Counted from the first letter of the stretch, positions 1 through 9,557 are shown. The stretch is DNA of 47,331 nt from Kiritimatiellia bacterium (GCA_034005635.1 JAVEUJ010000001.1:1-47331), one strand, 5' to 3'. Translations and numbers: made by a program. Notes: generated by a model from the letters alone, not told the origin.

Positions 1-90
1 CAGCATCACGCCCAGAAAGGCGGCGGCAGCATCTGCCGCGCCAGCCAAGATGCTGCAGAAGGCGTCGAAATTGTCACGGGGGGCTTGCAT
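1..90 (-). CDS. 5' end of an unidentified protein gene (runs off the left edge)
   Basis: Reverse-strand ATG at 90-88 opens MQAPRDNFDAFCSILAGAADAAAAFLGVML. Third codon positions are mostly G/C, as in the confident genes here. It is absent from the ORF track because it is truncated. Product unknown. Confidence 0.35.
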   Translation of the reverse strand, partial: MQAPRDNFDAFCSILAGAADAAAAFLGVML

Positions 91-198
91 AGTCTCGGGG
101 GTACCATACGAAAAGGGCGGCAGAGCGACAATCGAAGATTTCGGTAAGCCTGAGAGAGTTGCAAAGGGCATTCCATCTATCCGCAGCACTAACCGTTG

Positions 199-360
199 GG
201 GCGCATCCCCGTTTCGTTGATCGAATGGAGCTCACGGGTTTACCTGTTCAGCCTGAAGGTGGTACTACAAACACCGCCCGTTTGTAGTCCACGCTTCAGC
301 GTGCGGCTGTCCGTTATTTCAACGAGGTGACGATGGAAGCCAATGAAACGGGGATGCGCC
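199..360. mobile_element. MITE-like non-autonomous element, family A (~162 bp)
   Basis: Perfect 16-bp terminal inverted repeats GGCGCATCCCCGTTTC (200-215) / GAAACGGGGATGCGCC (345-360). They are directly flanked by a perfect 9-bp direct repeat TAACCGTTG (190-198 and 361-369), the signature of a target-site duplication. No ORF inside. Internal hairpins: ACTACAAAC 264-272 / GTTTGTAGT 280-288, and CACGC-ttca-GCGTG 290-303. Confidence 0.6.
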
Positions 361-422
361 TAACCGTTGTTCGCAGTCACTTCACACTGGCGGGGGGGCG
401 GGCAGGGCGGTAGGATGAAAGG

Positions 423-1529
423 ATGGGTAATGCAGGTAAAACTGTAGCGGTGGGCCTGAGCGGCGGTCTGGATTCGGCGATTGCCGCCTGGCGGTTGCTG
501 CAGGAGGGTTGGCATGTCGTGGGTCTAACGATGAGCATCTGGGATGGGACCACCCCCATGGCAGACTCTGACCGGACCAGTTGCTTTGGACCGGGAGAAG
601 TCCGGCATCTGCAGGCAGCCGCGGCGATGGCCGAACGCTTGGGAATCGAACACCGGGTAATTTGCCTGGCAGATGAATTTCGCCACAAGGTGCTGGACGA
701 TTTTCGTGCAGAATATTTGGCGGGGCGTACCCCGAATCCCTGTGTTCAATGCAACCAGTTCATTAAATTTGGTGCGCTTTTGGATGTGGCACGAGCGCAG
801 GGGGTGGAATTTGATTATTTTGCCACCGGGCACTATGCCCGGGTGGCGCGGGACGCGACCAGCCGCCGCTGGCAACTTTTACGTGGTCGGGACCAGAGCA
901 AGGATCAATCGTATTTTTTATCACGCTTGCGGCAGGACCAGTTGCAGGCGCTTCTCTTGCCGCTGGGTGATCTGCTGAAAGCAGACGTCCGGATCATGGC
1001 TCAAGATCTCGGCTGGCAGGAACTGGCGGAGCGGGAAGAGAGTCAAGATTTTGCCTGTGGCCATTATGCGGCTCTATTCCAGGACGCGGATACCGCGCCG
1101 GGGGATGTGGTGACGCGTGATGGAACGAAGCTGGGACACCATCGCGGGATTGTCCATTACACTGTTGGCCAGCGCAAGGGCTTGGGGCTGGGCGGGGGGG
1201 GCACTCCCTGGCATGTGTTAGAAATTGATGCCCTGCGAAACCGGCTAGTGGTGGGGGCGAAAGAGGACCTTTACCGTCACCGGCTGACAGCCGCCGAGGT
1301 GAATTGGGTGGGTCTGGCGGAGGCGCCGATCGATGCCTTCCACTGCGGGGTGCAAATTCGCCAGCAGCATCAGGCGGCAGCCGCTACGGTCTCTCTAAAA
1401 GTGGATCAGCTCCTGGTCGAATTTGATGAGCCGCAACTGGCCGTGACGCCTGGGCAAATCGCCGTTTTTTACGAGGGAGAGAGAGTGTTGGCGTCGGGGG
1501 TGATCGCCGACAACCGATCGACTACTTGA
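423..1529 (+). CDS. mnmA: tRNA 2-thiouridine(34) synthase MnmA
   Basis: 368-aa ORF. N-terminal PP-loop VAVGLSGGLDSAIAA, NPCVQCN motif and DQSYFL string are typical of MnmA/TrmU. Confidence 0.9.
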   Translation: MGNAGKTVAVGLSGGLDSAIAAWRLLQEGWHVVGLTMSIWDGTTPMADSDRTSCFGPGEVRHLQAAAAMAERLGIEHRVICLADEFRHKVLDDFRAEYLAGRTPNPCVQCNQFIKFGALLDVARAQGVEFDYFATGHYARVARDATSRRWQLLRGRDQSKDQSYFLSRLRQDQLQALLLPLGDLLKADVRIMAQDLGWQELAEREESQDFACGHYAALFQDADTAPGDVVTRDGTKLGHHRGIVHYTVGQRKGLGLGGGGTPWHVLEIDALRNRLVVGAKEDLYRHRLTAAEVNWVGLAEAPIDAFHCGVQIRQQHQAAAATVSLKVDQLLVEFDEPQLAVTPGQIAVFYEGERVLASGVIADNRSTT

Positions 1530-2112
1530 TCAGCCAAACGCGATCAAGTTCGAGAACGAAGGTTTCGGCCCGTCCGTCGCCGGCGAGAATCTGTATCCGT
1601 GAAAGAGCCTGACCGGGGTAGGCCGGCAGGTCGAGCCGGTCGCCGTGATGGATGGCATAGAGTTCGGGGAACGGAATTTCCACTGTCTGCCAGTCCCCGC
1701 TAGTTTCGAAATCAAAAGCGTAGCCATTAGGCGCGTTTGGCGTGGATTCCACCCGGACTTGATAGCGCTTACCGTCACCCCTCAACCCCAGACATAAGGC
1801 GCGATAGGCAGAAACATCGAGGGTGTCGAAATCGCGTTGAATCGATGAAAACCCGCCGCCATTCGCCAGAGATATTGTGCCGCTAAAGACAGCGTTACCG
1901 GCTTCGTTGATTTCCAGATTGCTGCTGGAGCGACCGCCCATAACTGCATCGTTCTCGATCTGCCAGCCACCCGTGCCGGTTTCAGATGCGAATTGGTGTA
2001 GCGTGCGGTTGGAAGAAACCGCGTTTGGAACAGTTGTCAGGGGTGTGGCATGGGTGCAGCCAACAGAGCCGAAAACAAGGGCCGACAGCACTAACGCTAG
2101 AAGGGGTTTCAT
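1522..2112 (-). CDS. CIA30-domain lipoprotein (complex I intermediate-associated protein 30-like)
   Basis: Track ORF is 1522..2163. I place the start at MKPLLALVLSALVFGSVGC, a lipoprotein-type signal with a Cys lipobox. The body carries WQIENDAVMGGRSSS and NGGGFSS strings typical of the CIA30 fold. It overlaps the mnmA 3' end convergently by 8 nt. Confidence 0.6.
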   Translation of the reverse strand: MKPLLALVLSALVFGSVGCTHATPLTTVPNAVSSNRTLHQFASETGTGGWQIENDAVMGGRSSSNLEINEAGNAVFSGTISLANGGGFSSIQRDFDTLDVSAYRALCLGLRGDGKRYQVRVESTPNAPNGYAFDFETSGDWQTVEIPFPELYAIHHGDRLDLPAYPGQALSRIQILAGDGRAETFVLELDRVWLIK

Positions 2113-2191
2113 CAAGCAGTTCTCCTTTTCCCTGCAACCGTAGCACAGGTACGTAGAAAGCAAAAAGCGTGTGCGGCAGTGGCAGCTCCTC

Positions 2192-4525
2192 TTAACGTTT
2201 CACGGCTTGGATGGCCTTGAGGACTTTCTCCGGCATAAACGGGAATTCGTAGAGGCGGGCGCCGGTGGCATTGTAGATGGCGTTGGCAAACACCGGAGCG
2301 GGGCCATTGATACAGATTTCTGACACGCTCTTGGCACCGAACGGGCCGGAGTGTTCGTAAGACGGCACCAGAATGGCCTTGATCGGGGGCTTATCGCGCA
2401 TCGAGAAGATGTGGTATTCGGCAAAGGAGGGGTTGGTCATCCGCCCATTTTGGAACAGATACTGCTCGGTCAAGGCGTAGGAAATACCGTTGAGGGTGCC
2501 GCCCTCGGTCTGGCCTTCACAGAGGGCCGGATTAATGGCGGTGCCGCAGTCAATGGTAGAAACATACTGCAACACGCGAATCATGCCGGTCCAGGTATCC
2601 ACCTCGATTTCCGCAAAGTGCGCGGCGAAAGGCGGTGGGGACTTTTCGGTGAAGTGCGAACCGGTACCGATGATTTGATACTGGTTTTTGGCGTAGAGCG
2701 CGTAGCAGGCAATGTCGCCGTACGAGACTTTTTGAGAGCCATCGGCGTTCTGCACGTGGCTGGCAACGCACTGGACCTGATCCACCGGGAGGTTGAGGAT
2801 CTCCGCGCCAGTTTTGAGAATCTGGCGCTTGGCGTCGGCGGCGGCTTTGCGCGCGGCCTCGCCGGAGAGATAGGTGGTGGAGGAGGCATAGGCACCGACA
2901 TCGAACGGGGTCATGTCGGTATCCGACGAGTAGACGATCATCTTATCAGTGGTCGTCGCCAATTCCTCGGCGGCGATCTGGGCCAGGACGGTATCGGAGC
3001 CGGTGCCCAAGTCGGTGGCACCGACGAGCAGGTTGAACGAACCGTCTTCGTTGATTTTGATGGTGGCGCCGCCCATATCAATGTGGGGAATGGAGGACCC
3101 CTGCATCAGGCAGGCCATGCCGATACCGCGGCGGTAGCGGCCGGTTTTCTCACGCCAATCGGTGCGCTTATCCCAGCCGATAGCCTCAGCACCTTGGGTG
3201 ATGCATTCGGCGAGGGCACAGGAGTCGATCGTCATAGCCGTGCCTTCCTTGCCTTCGCCGAGGGCGGCGAAGATGGGAGAGGTCTCGCCAGTGCGAATGT
3301 GGTTCTGGCGACGGAATTCGATAGGGTTCATTCCAATGGCTTCGGCCATCTTATCGATGGTGGATTCCATGGCGAAAAAGGCCTGGGTCGCACCAAAGCC
3401 GCGGTAGGCACCACCGACGGGCAGGTTGGTATAGAGCACCTTGCCATCGAAGTGGATGTTTTCGCAGCGGTAGAGGGGTAGCACCTTGGAACCACAGCAG
3501 GAGACAACAGTGAGGCCATGGCCGCCATAGGCGCCCGTATTATTCCAGCAGTCCATGCCAATGGCAGTGATGGTGCCGTCCTTTTTTACGCCGGCGCGCA
3601 GGCGGATGCGAATGGGATGGCGGGTGCGGCCAGTAATAAAGTTTTCTTCGCGGGTAAACTGCCAGAAAGCGGGGCGTCCGGTGCGCAGGGCGACCAGCGC
3701 AACAATATCTTCCAGCAGGACTTCCTGCTTGGAGCCAAAGCCGCCGCCGATGCGAGGCTTGATTACGCGAACTTTCTGTACGGGGATGCCCAATGCCTGC
3801 GCGACAATGCGGCGGCAGTGGAAGGGGACTTGCGTGGAGGTGGTGATGATCACACGTCCGGAAGAATCGATATGGGCGAGTGACGTGTAGGGCTCGATCG
3901 GGCAGTGTTGGGCATAGGGGGTTTCGTAGGTATCATCAAAGGTGAAATCAGCTTCCTGCATGCCCTTGTCAAAGTCACCGGTTTCGCAGCCAACCAGTGC
4001 GACGAGGTTCTTCTTGGGTTCATACGGAATGGGGATGGGGATACACGCTTCGGGTTCATCATGGATGATGGGGGCGCCTTCAGCCATGGCCTCATCGATG
4101 GTGAAAACGGGGGGGAGCAGTTCGTACTTAACCTTGATCTTTTCCAGCGCGGCTTCGGCCTGTTCCGCCGTTTCAGCGGCGACGGCAGCGACGCGGTCGC
4201 CGACATGACGAACCTTGGTGTCAAAGATAAAGGTGTCATAGGGCGAGGGCTCGGGGTAGCCTTGGCCGGCGGTGCAGTGGATGTTGCGGGGCACGTTGCC
4301 ATGCCAGAGGACGATTTTCACCCCGGGCATTTTCTCGGCCTTGGAGACATCGATGGACGTGATGCGGGCATGGGGGTGGGGGCTCCACAGCATCTTGACG
4401 ATCAGGGCATCGCGGGGGGCCAAATCGCCGACGTAAGAATCTTTACCGAGGGCCAATTGCTTGGCATCGATTTTGGTGACCGAGTGGTTGACTTGTTTGA
4501 AGTTGGCAGTGGGATTTTCGCTCAT
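2192..4525 (-). CDS. Molybdopterin-binding large subunit of a xanthine dehydrogenase/aldehyde oxidoreductase-family enzyme
   Basis: Track ORF is 838 aa. Start moved to MSENPTANF (ATG at 4525, AGGAG just upstream). RIGGGFGSKQE and GGAYRGFGATQ motifs belong to the Mo-hydroxylase family. The active-site loop reads AYRGFG, not the AYRCSFR of form-I CO dehydrogenase. Confidence 0.85.
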   Translation of the reverse strand: MSENPTANFKQVNHSVTKIDAKQLALGKDSYVGDLAPRDALIVKMLWSPHPHARITSIDVSKAEKMPGVKIVLWHGNVPRNIHCTAGQGYPEPSPYDTFIFDTKVRHVGDRVAAVAAETAEQAEAALEKIKVKYELLPPVFTIDEAMAEGAPIIHDEPEACIPIPIPYEPKKNLVALVGCETGDFDKGMQEADFTFDDTYETPYAQHCPIEPYTSLAHIDSSGRVIITTSTQVPFHCRRIVAQALGIPVQKVRVIKPRIGGGFGSKQEVLLEDIVALVALRTGRPAFWQFTREENFITGRTRHPIRIRLRAGVKKDGTITAIGMDCWNNTGAYGGHGLTVVSCCGSKVLPLYRCENIHFDGKVLYTNLPVGGAYRGFGATQAFFAMESTIDKMAEAIGMNPIEFRRQNHIRTGETSPIFAALGEGKEGTAMTIDSCALAECITQGAEAIGWDKRTDWREKTGRYRRGIGMACLMQGSSIPHIDMGGATIKINEDGSFNLLVGATDLGTGSDTVLAQIAAEELATTTDKMIVYSSDTDMTPFDVGAYASSTTYLSGEAARKAAADAKRQILKTGAEILNLPVDQVQCVASHVQNADGSQKVSYGDIACYALYAKNQYQIIGTGSHFTEKSPPPFAAHFAEIEVDTWTGMIRVLQYVSTIDCGTAINPALCEGQTEGGTLNGISYALTEQYLFQNGRMTNPSFAEYHIFSMRDKPPIKAILVPSYEHSGPFGAKSVSEICINGPAPVFANAIYNATGARLYEFPFMPEKVLKAIQAVKR

Positions 4526-4589
4526 GGGAATGCTCCTGGGCTGGGGGTTCAGGATTCGGGGTTCTGGGGAAAGATCATTGGATCCGGGT

Positions 4590-5081
4590 TCAGGACTTGG
4601 GGGTTTTGGCTTCCTGGCGGTCCAGGACACGACGCAGCGCGTCCCAGATTTTCTCATAGCCAGTGCAGCGGCAGAGATTGCCGTCCATATATTCGCGGAC
4701 GGTTTCATCGTCGAACTGCGTCTCGGTTTCCATGAGGGCGGTGGCCGACATGATCATGCCGGGGATGCAGTAGCCGCACTGGACGGCGCCGCCATCAATA
4801 AGCTCCTGCTGGAACTCGGAAGGTTTGTCGTGACTGCCAACGCTTTCGATGGTGCGCACTTCGTGGCCCTCCGCTTGCATCGCGTAGAGCAGGCAGGAGT
4901 AGACGGCCCGCCCATCCATCAGAACGGTGCAGGCGCCACAGACACCTTGGCCGCAGCCAAATTTGGCGCCCTTGTAGCCTTCGCGACGCAGCAGGTCCAA
5001 GAGTTTTTCGTCGGGCTCGGTGATAAAGGTTTTGTTTTCACCGTTGATGGTGAAGCTGACCGTCGGTGGATTCTTTTTCAT
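4590..5081 (-). CDS. [2Fe-2S]-binding small subunit of the Mo-hydroxylase
   Basis: Start at MKKNPPTVSFTINGE. Cys clusters CGQGVCGACTV and QCGYCIPG...CRCTGY are typical of CoxS/XdhA-type small subunits. Its start overlaps the stop of the upstream FAD subunit by 1 nt. Confidence 0.85.
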   Translation of the reverse strand: MKKNPPTVSFTINGENKTFITEPDEKLLDLLRREGYKGAKFGCGQGVCGACTVLMDGRAVYSCLLYAMQAEGHEVRTIESVGSHDKPSEFQQELIDGGAVQCGYCIPGMIMSATALMETETQFDDETVREYMDGNLCRCTGYEKIWDALRRVLDRQEAKTPKS

Positions 5082-5926
5082 TATTCGCCTCTCCCGCGGG
5101 CAAATGTAGCGGCCCGCTCCAATGCATCTAAAATTGAAATCTCGGCCAAGTGCCGTGAATATTCGGGACTCTGTCCTTCGCAACTGCGCCACGGGACACT
5201 GTTCGCCATCTTGGTGGATGCCTCTTTAAAGACGTCGCTGACGGCTTCTTTACCGACCAACGCGGCTTCGACATTGGGAAGCCGCCGGGGATAGGGAATG
5301 GCGCTGCCCGCGGCGATGCGTGCCGATTGGATGGTCGTCCCTTCCAATTCCAGCACGGCGGCAATGGTGACCATGCTAAAGGCTGCCGACGTGCGGGTGA
5401 CCTTGACGGAGCCGAAGCCATGGTGGGCCTGGAGGGCTGGAACCTTGACGGCGGTCAGGATGTTGCCGTCGAGAAAGCGTTTGGCAGGCTGGGTCGCAAA
5501 ATATTCATCGGCTGAATATTCATCTTCATGGCCCGAGTAGACCACCATGCGGGCGTTCATGGCCAGCAAGACAACCGGGAGATCGGCCCAGGGGAAGACG
5601 CGACAGATGTTACCGCCGATGGTGGACACATTGCGGATTTGGTGGGTGGAGATGCGCCGGCAAATTTCATGCATGGCCCAGCGGGGCGCGCGGTAGCGCT
5701 GAATGTCAGCGAGCGGGGTGGTGGCGCCAATCCGATAGAAATCGCCGTCAGGGCGGATGTAGGACAACCCCAGGCGGGTGATGTCGACGGCTGTCACCGG
5801 GGTGTGGTCCTGCATAAAGTGCAGGGCGGTACCGCCGGCAAGGATCATACCTTTTGTGCCGAGCTCGCGCAGGTTGTCACGAGCGGCCGCCAAGCTGGCC
5901 GGACGGAGGAATTCACACAATTTCAT
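5081..5926 (-). CDS. FAD-binding medium subunit of the Mo-hydroxylase (CoxM/XdhB-like)
   Basis: 281-aa ORF with the ILAGGTAL FAD-binding string. It is the first gene of an M-S-L ordered operon on the minus strand. Confidence 0.8.
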   Translation of the reverse strand: MKLCEFLRPASLAAARDNLRELGTKGMILAGGTALHFMQDHTPVTAVDITRLGLSYIRPDGDFYRIGATTPLADIQRYRAPRWAMHEICRRISTHQIRNVSTIGGNICRVFPWADLPVVLLAMNARMVVYSGHEDEYSADEYFATQPAKRFLDGNILTAVKVPALQAHHGFGSVKVTRTSAAFSMVTIAAVLELEGTTIQSARIAAGSAIPYPRRLPNVEAALVGKEAVSDVFKEASTKMANSVPWRSCEGQSPEYSRHLAEISILDALERAATFARGRGE

Positions 5927-6071
5927 AAAGGGCTCCTTAATACTGGGGCTAAATAACGGGCAAAAGTATAGCGGGGGAGTGCGTAACGGGAAAGCTCAAA
6001 AATTCAATTTAGTTAAGTCAATAAGTCAAGCGGTTCACTTCATTAAGGAAAATCTTATCCTTGTTTGAAGG

Positions 6072-6264
6072 GGGCGCACGACAAAATTCAGGCAAGATGG
6101 GGGTATAAAATGTAGGGGTCGAGCTTGCTCGATCCCTCAAGTGTTTTAAGCCCAAGCCGCCGCCATTTTCGAAAAAGCTCAGTCGCAGTCCCAACCTCAG
6201 AGTGTCGGGACGCCCCTACAGAACAGGCCCAGGATGGAACCCAGCAGATTTTTGTCGTGCGCCC
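6072..6264. mobile_element. MITE-like element, family B, copy 1 (~193 bp)
   Basis: Perfect 15-bp terminal inverted repeats GGGCGCACGACAAAA (6072-6086) / TTTTGTCGTGCGCCC (6250-6264). Flanking 9-mers GTTTGAAGG (6063-6071) and GTTTCAAGC (6265-6273) match 7/9. Identical blocks of 24, 31 and 23 nt are shared with the copy at 40786-40979. No credible ORF. Confidence 0.6.
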
Positions 6265-6326
6265 GTTTCAAGCCCCCCACATCCAAGAGGGCTTTCTTTT
6301 GCAGGCGGGAGGTGTAGGATGGCGGC

Positions 6327-7286
6327 ATGACTGAGAGGAAATTAAGCTGGATCATGGCGAGCATACTACTTGTTTCAGGCTGCGGGCACTCGGCGGACAC
6401 GATGGCACCAGAAAATTCTGTTGTGGCGGAGGTGGTACCGGTAGACGTGTCGGGCGAACGGGCGTTGGAGGAAGTCCAGCAGTTCGTGGCGCTGGGGCCG
6501 CGTCTTTCCGGCACGGAGGGGGGCGAGCGGGCAGCGCACTATTTGGCGGCGCGCCTGCGGGAGTTGGGGGTGGAGACCGAAATTCAGGAATTCAACGATG
6601 CGTCGCCGAATGGAACGATTCTATTTCGCAATGTAATCGGACGGATTCCAGGCAACGGCGCCAGCAAGCAGATCCTTCTCTTCGGCTCACACTTTGATAC
6701 CAAGATTGGAATTGCGGACGATTTCGCGGGGGCCAACGATTCTGGGTCGAGCACGGGGTTGCTGCTGGAGATGGCGCGGGCATTTCAGGAAACGGCACCG
6801 CATCCCATGGAAATCCGCTTGGCGTTTTTTGATGGCGAAGAGAGCATGCAGGAATACGGCCCGACTGACGGGCTGCATGGGAGTCGGTATCTGGCGCAGC
6901 ACATGGAGGCAGATGGCAGCTTGGCCGATATTGCGGCGATGATCCTGCTGGATATGGTGGGCGCAAGCAACCTGACCGTGACGATTCCACGCAATAGTAC
7001 GCCGGCACTGGTAGCTCAGGTTTTTGGTGCGGCTCGGGCCGAGGGCGTGCGACGCTACTTTCAATTGTATCCAGCTCATATCCTGGATGATCATGTTCCC
7101 TTTCTGGAGCGCGGCGTGCCGGCGATCAACCTGATCGACTTCCAGTTTGGCAGCGAGCCGGGCCGGAACGATTACTGGCACACGCCGGAGGATACGCTGG
7201 ACAAGCTGTCGGCCGAAAGTCTGGGTATTGTGGGCCGGGTGGCGGCGCGTATGGCTGGGCAACTGATGCAGCCCACACCGAAATAA
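6327..7286 (+). CDS. M28-family metallopeptidase (aminopeptidase/glutaminyl-cyclase-like), lipoprotein
   Basis: Signal peptide with lipobox LLVSGC. Metal-ligand strings GSHFDT, ANDSGSSTGLLLE and FFDGEE are typical of peptidase family M28. Confidence 0.8.
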   Translation: MTERKLSWIMASILLVSGCGHSADTMAPENSVVAEVVPVDVSGERALEEVQQFVALGPRLSGTEGGERAAHYLAARLRELGVETEIQEFNDASPNGTILFRNVIGRIPGNGASKQILLFGSHFDTKIGIADDFAGANDSGSSTGLLLEMARAFQETAPHPMEIRLAFFDGEESMQEYGPTDGLHGSRYLAQHMEADGSLADIAAMILLDMVGASNLTVTIPRNSTPALVAQVFGAARAEGVRRYFQLYPAHILDDHVPFLERGVPAINLIDFQFGSEPGRNDYWHTPEDTLDKLSAESLGIVGRVAARMAGQLMQPTPK

Positions 7287-7370
7287 TGAGATCCCGGGGT
7301 ATTTTGGCTGGACAGTGGACGGGGGCGGGGTCCAGCATTCAGGGACACTAACCCTATAAGGAAACCGACG

Positions 7371-8672
7371 ATGTTCAACGTTCAAGCTGAAACCATGCCT
7401 GTGGGAGAATTGCGCAAGCTGCAGGGGCAGCGGTTGCGGGCCTTGGTCGAGCGCGCCTATGACCACGTGCCCTTCTATCGCACAAAAATGCTGGAACAAG
7501 GGGTAAAACCTGAAGATATCCGCAGCATTGAGGACGTGGTCAAACTACCCTTCATTACCAAGGCGGACTTCCGCGAGCAGTACCCGTTTGGAATGTTTGG
7601 CGTGCCGCAAAAAGAAATTGTCCGAATCCATGCCAGTTCCGGTACCACCGGCAAACCGACCGTTGTAGGGTACACGCGCGCCGACATCGAAAACTGGGCG
7701 GAATGCGCGGCACGCTCGCTGGCGTGCGGGGGAGCGACCGCCGAAGATACCGTGCAAGTGGCCTACGGCTACGGCTTGTTCACCGGGGGACTGGGCATGC
7801 ACTACGGGGCGGAAAAACTGGGTGCGGCTGCTCTGCCCATGTCAGCGGGCAACACCGAAAAACAGATCATGCTGATGAAGGATTTTCGTGTGACGGTGCT
7901 CTGCTGCACTCCGAGCTATGCCCTGCAAATTGCAGAAGTAGCGGCCACCATGGGGGTGGACCTTATGAAGCTGCCACTGAAAAGCGGCAATTTCGGCGCG
8001 GAACCCTGGACCGAAGCCATGCGCCAGCGCATCGAAGAGGTGTTGCCGCTGAAGGCGTTGGATGTCTATGGGCTTTCCGAAGTGGCAGGACCGGGGGTTG
8101 CCAACGAATGCCTCGAACAACATGGCCTGCACGTCTTCGAAGACCATTTTTATCCCGAGATTATCGACCCTGCGACAGGCCACCCGGTGCCGGATGGAGA
8201 AAAAGGCGAACTGGTTTTTACCTGCCTGACCAAGGAAGGCGTACCCCTGATCCGCTACTGCACCCGTGACATCACGATGATTTTGAATGAAGGAGTGTGC
8301 CCCTGCGGCCGAACCAGCCGGAAGATCGCGCGCCTGATGGGCCGCACCGACGATATGCTGATCATCCGCGGGGTGAACGTCTTCCCGTCGCAGGTGGAAG
8401 ACGTCCTGGTACGCATCGAGGGTGTATATCCGCAGTACCTTATTATTGTAGACCGCAAGGGCAATCTCGACACCATCGAGATTCAAGTGGAAGTGACCGA
8501 AAGCCTCTTCAGCGATGAAGTGCGCAAACTTGAAGCCCTGCGCGATCAAATCCACCACCAGATCAAGACCATGCTGAATGTCAGCGCGAAAATCACCCTG
8601 GTAGAACCCAAAACCATCGAGCGTACGCTCGGCAAAGCCAAGCGGGTCCAGGACCGGCGCAAACTGTCGTAA
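7371..8672 (+). CDS. paaK: Phenylacetate--CoA ligase
   Basis: 433 aa. The N-terminus ([25 protein letters not shown]) and the [12 protein letters not shown]-binding loop are typical of PaaK-type ligases. Confidence 0.85.
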   Translation: MFNVQAETMPVGELRKLQGQRLRALVERAYDHVPFYRTKMLEQGVKPEDIRSIEDVVKLPFITKADFREQYPFGMFGVPQKEIVRIHASSGTTGKPTVVGYTRADIENWAECAARSLACGGATAEDTVQVAYGYGLFTGGLGMHYGAEKLGAAALPMSAGNTEKQIMLMKDFRVTVLCCTPSYALQIAEVAATMGVDLMKLPLKSGNFGAEPWTEAMRQRIEEVLPLKALDVYGLSEVAGPGVANECLEQHGLHVFEDHFYPEIIDPATGHPVPDGEKGELVFTCLTKEGVPLIRYCTRDITMILNEGVCPCGRTSRKIARLMGRTDDMLIIRGVNVFPSQVEDVLVRIEGVYPQYLIIVDRKGNLDTIEIQVEVTESLFSDEVRKLEALRDQIHHQIKTMLNVSAKITLVEPKTIERTLGKAKRVQDRRKLS

Positions 8673-8688
8673 GAATAAGGAGCCCATC

Positions 8689-9120
8689 ATGAAGGTACGT
8701 CAAATTTCAGTTTTTCTAGAGAATCGTTCGGGGCGTCTGGCCAGCGTACTGTCCGAGGTCGCCAAGGCCGGTGTCAATATCCGCGCGCTATCCCTGGCGG
8801 ATACCAGCGATTTCGGCATTCTACGGCTGATTGTGGACAATGTGGACGCCGGGGTGAAGGCTCTGAAAGACAGTGGCCACACCGTATCGCTGACCGAGGT
8901 GCTGGCGGTGGAAGTTCCAGACCGTCCGGGAGGGTTGGCCGGAATCCTCGAGGCGCTGTCGCAGGCAGACCTCAACGTGGAATATATGTATGCGTTCGTG
9001 TGCCGCGCAACCGAAAAGGCCGTCGTGGTCTTTCGGTTTGAGGATGCCAACGCGGCCATCACCGCGTTGAAGACGGCGGACATTTCGATTCTGCCAGCCG
9101 ATACCGTGTATTCTTTCTGA
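8689..9120 (+). CDS. ACT domain-containing protein
   Basis: 143 aa. Tandem ACT-like segments (VFLENRSGRLASVLSEVAKAGVNIRALS; VPDRPGGLAGILEALSQADLNVEYMY). It sits immediately downstream of paaK, a common pairing. Confidence 0.75.
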   Translation: MKVRQISVFLENRSGRLASVLSEVAKAGVNIRALSLADTSDFGILRLIVDNVDAGVKALKDSGHTVSLTEVLAVEVPDRPGGLAGILEALSQADLNVEYMYAFVCRATEKAVVVFRFEDANAAITALKTADISILPADTVYSF

Positions 9121-9154
9121 CCAGAATCGCAAACTGTTGGCCGGGCATCGCGGC

Positions 9155-9184
9155 TTGACGCGGTAAGGGCACGAGGGATATAGT
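9155..9184 (+). promoter_or_regulatory. Putative sigma70-type promoter of rpmB
   Basis: TTGACG (9155-9160), an 18-nt spacer, then TATAGT (9179-9184), about 35 nt upstream of the rpmB ATG. Pattern match only. Confidence 0.35.
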
Positions 9185-9217
9185 GCGCGGACTTTAACTT
9201 TAGGTGAGGAGAAATCA

Positions 9218-9445
9218 ATGGCATCATCATGTGAAATTTGTGGCAAGGGCACGTCGGTCGGGTCTCGAATCATCCGCCACGGCTTGGAAAAGAAAAAAGG
9301 TGGCATCGGGCTGCATACCACCGCGGTGACCAAGCGCACGTTCAAACCCAATTTGCAAAAAATGCGGGCCAAGGTGGGCGGCGGAGTGAAGACCTTGACG
9401 GTTTGTACATCGTGCCTCAAGGCGGGCAAGGTAATTAAGGCCTAA
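9218..9445 (+). CDS. rpmB: 50S ribosomal protein L28
   Basis: 75 aa. CEICGKGTSVG...KRTFKPNLQK pattern of bL28. GAGGAG Shine-Dalgarno upstream. Confidence 0.85.
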   Translation: MASSCEICGKGTSVGSRIIRHGLEKKKGGIGLHTTAVTKRTFKPNLQKMRAKVGGGVKTLTVCTSCLKAGKVIKA

Positions 9446-9484
9446 GCACGGACGGATTGTCCGTCCGGCTAATCGCCCTGCGAC

Positions 9485-9524
9485 AACACCCCGCCGCTCG
9501 CGAGCGACGAGGTGTTTTGCTTTG
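9485..9524 (+). terminator. Intrinsic terminator after rpmB
   Basis: GC-rich hairpin AACACC..GCCGCTCG/CGAGCGAC..GGTGTT (9485-9516) followed by TTGCTTTG. It overlaps the TTG-extended track start of the next ORF, which supports the 9558 start for gltA. Confidence 0.5.
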
Positions 9525-9557
9525 GTACTCGGACCCGTAACATTGCGAAAGGAAGCC

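Noticed and set aside
199-360. Structured ncRNA (6S-like, riboswitch or leader) upstream of mnmA, suggested by the 16-bp closing stem and internal hairpins
   Set aside because: The closing stem is abutted on both sides by a perfect 9-bp direct repeat. A transposition footprint explains that; an RNA gene does not. I recognised no conserved riboswitch, 6S, RNase P or tmRNA core sequence. This stays open if the element proves single-copy and positionally conserved.
392-409. Canonical G-quadruplex motif (GGGGGGGCGGGCAGGG) just upstream of the mnmA start
   Set aside because: The window is G/C-rich and has many G7-G8 runs (for example near 31371, 31425 and 41605). A single G4-type match is therefore expected by chance, and nothing else marks it as functional.
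6125-6334. 69-aa ORF running through MITE family-B copy 1 into the M28 peptidase start
   Set aside because: It is not conserved in the second MITE copy, where the frame is broken by indels and substitutions. It has no RBS and its sequence is repeat-derived.
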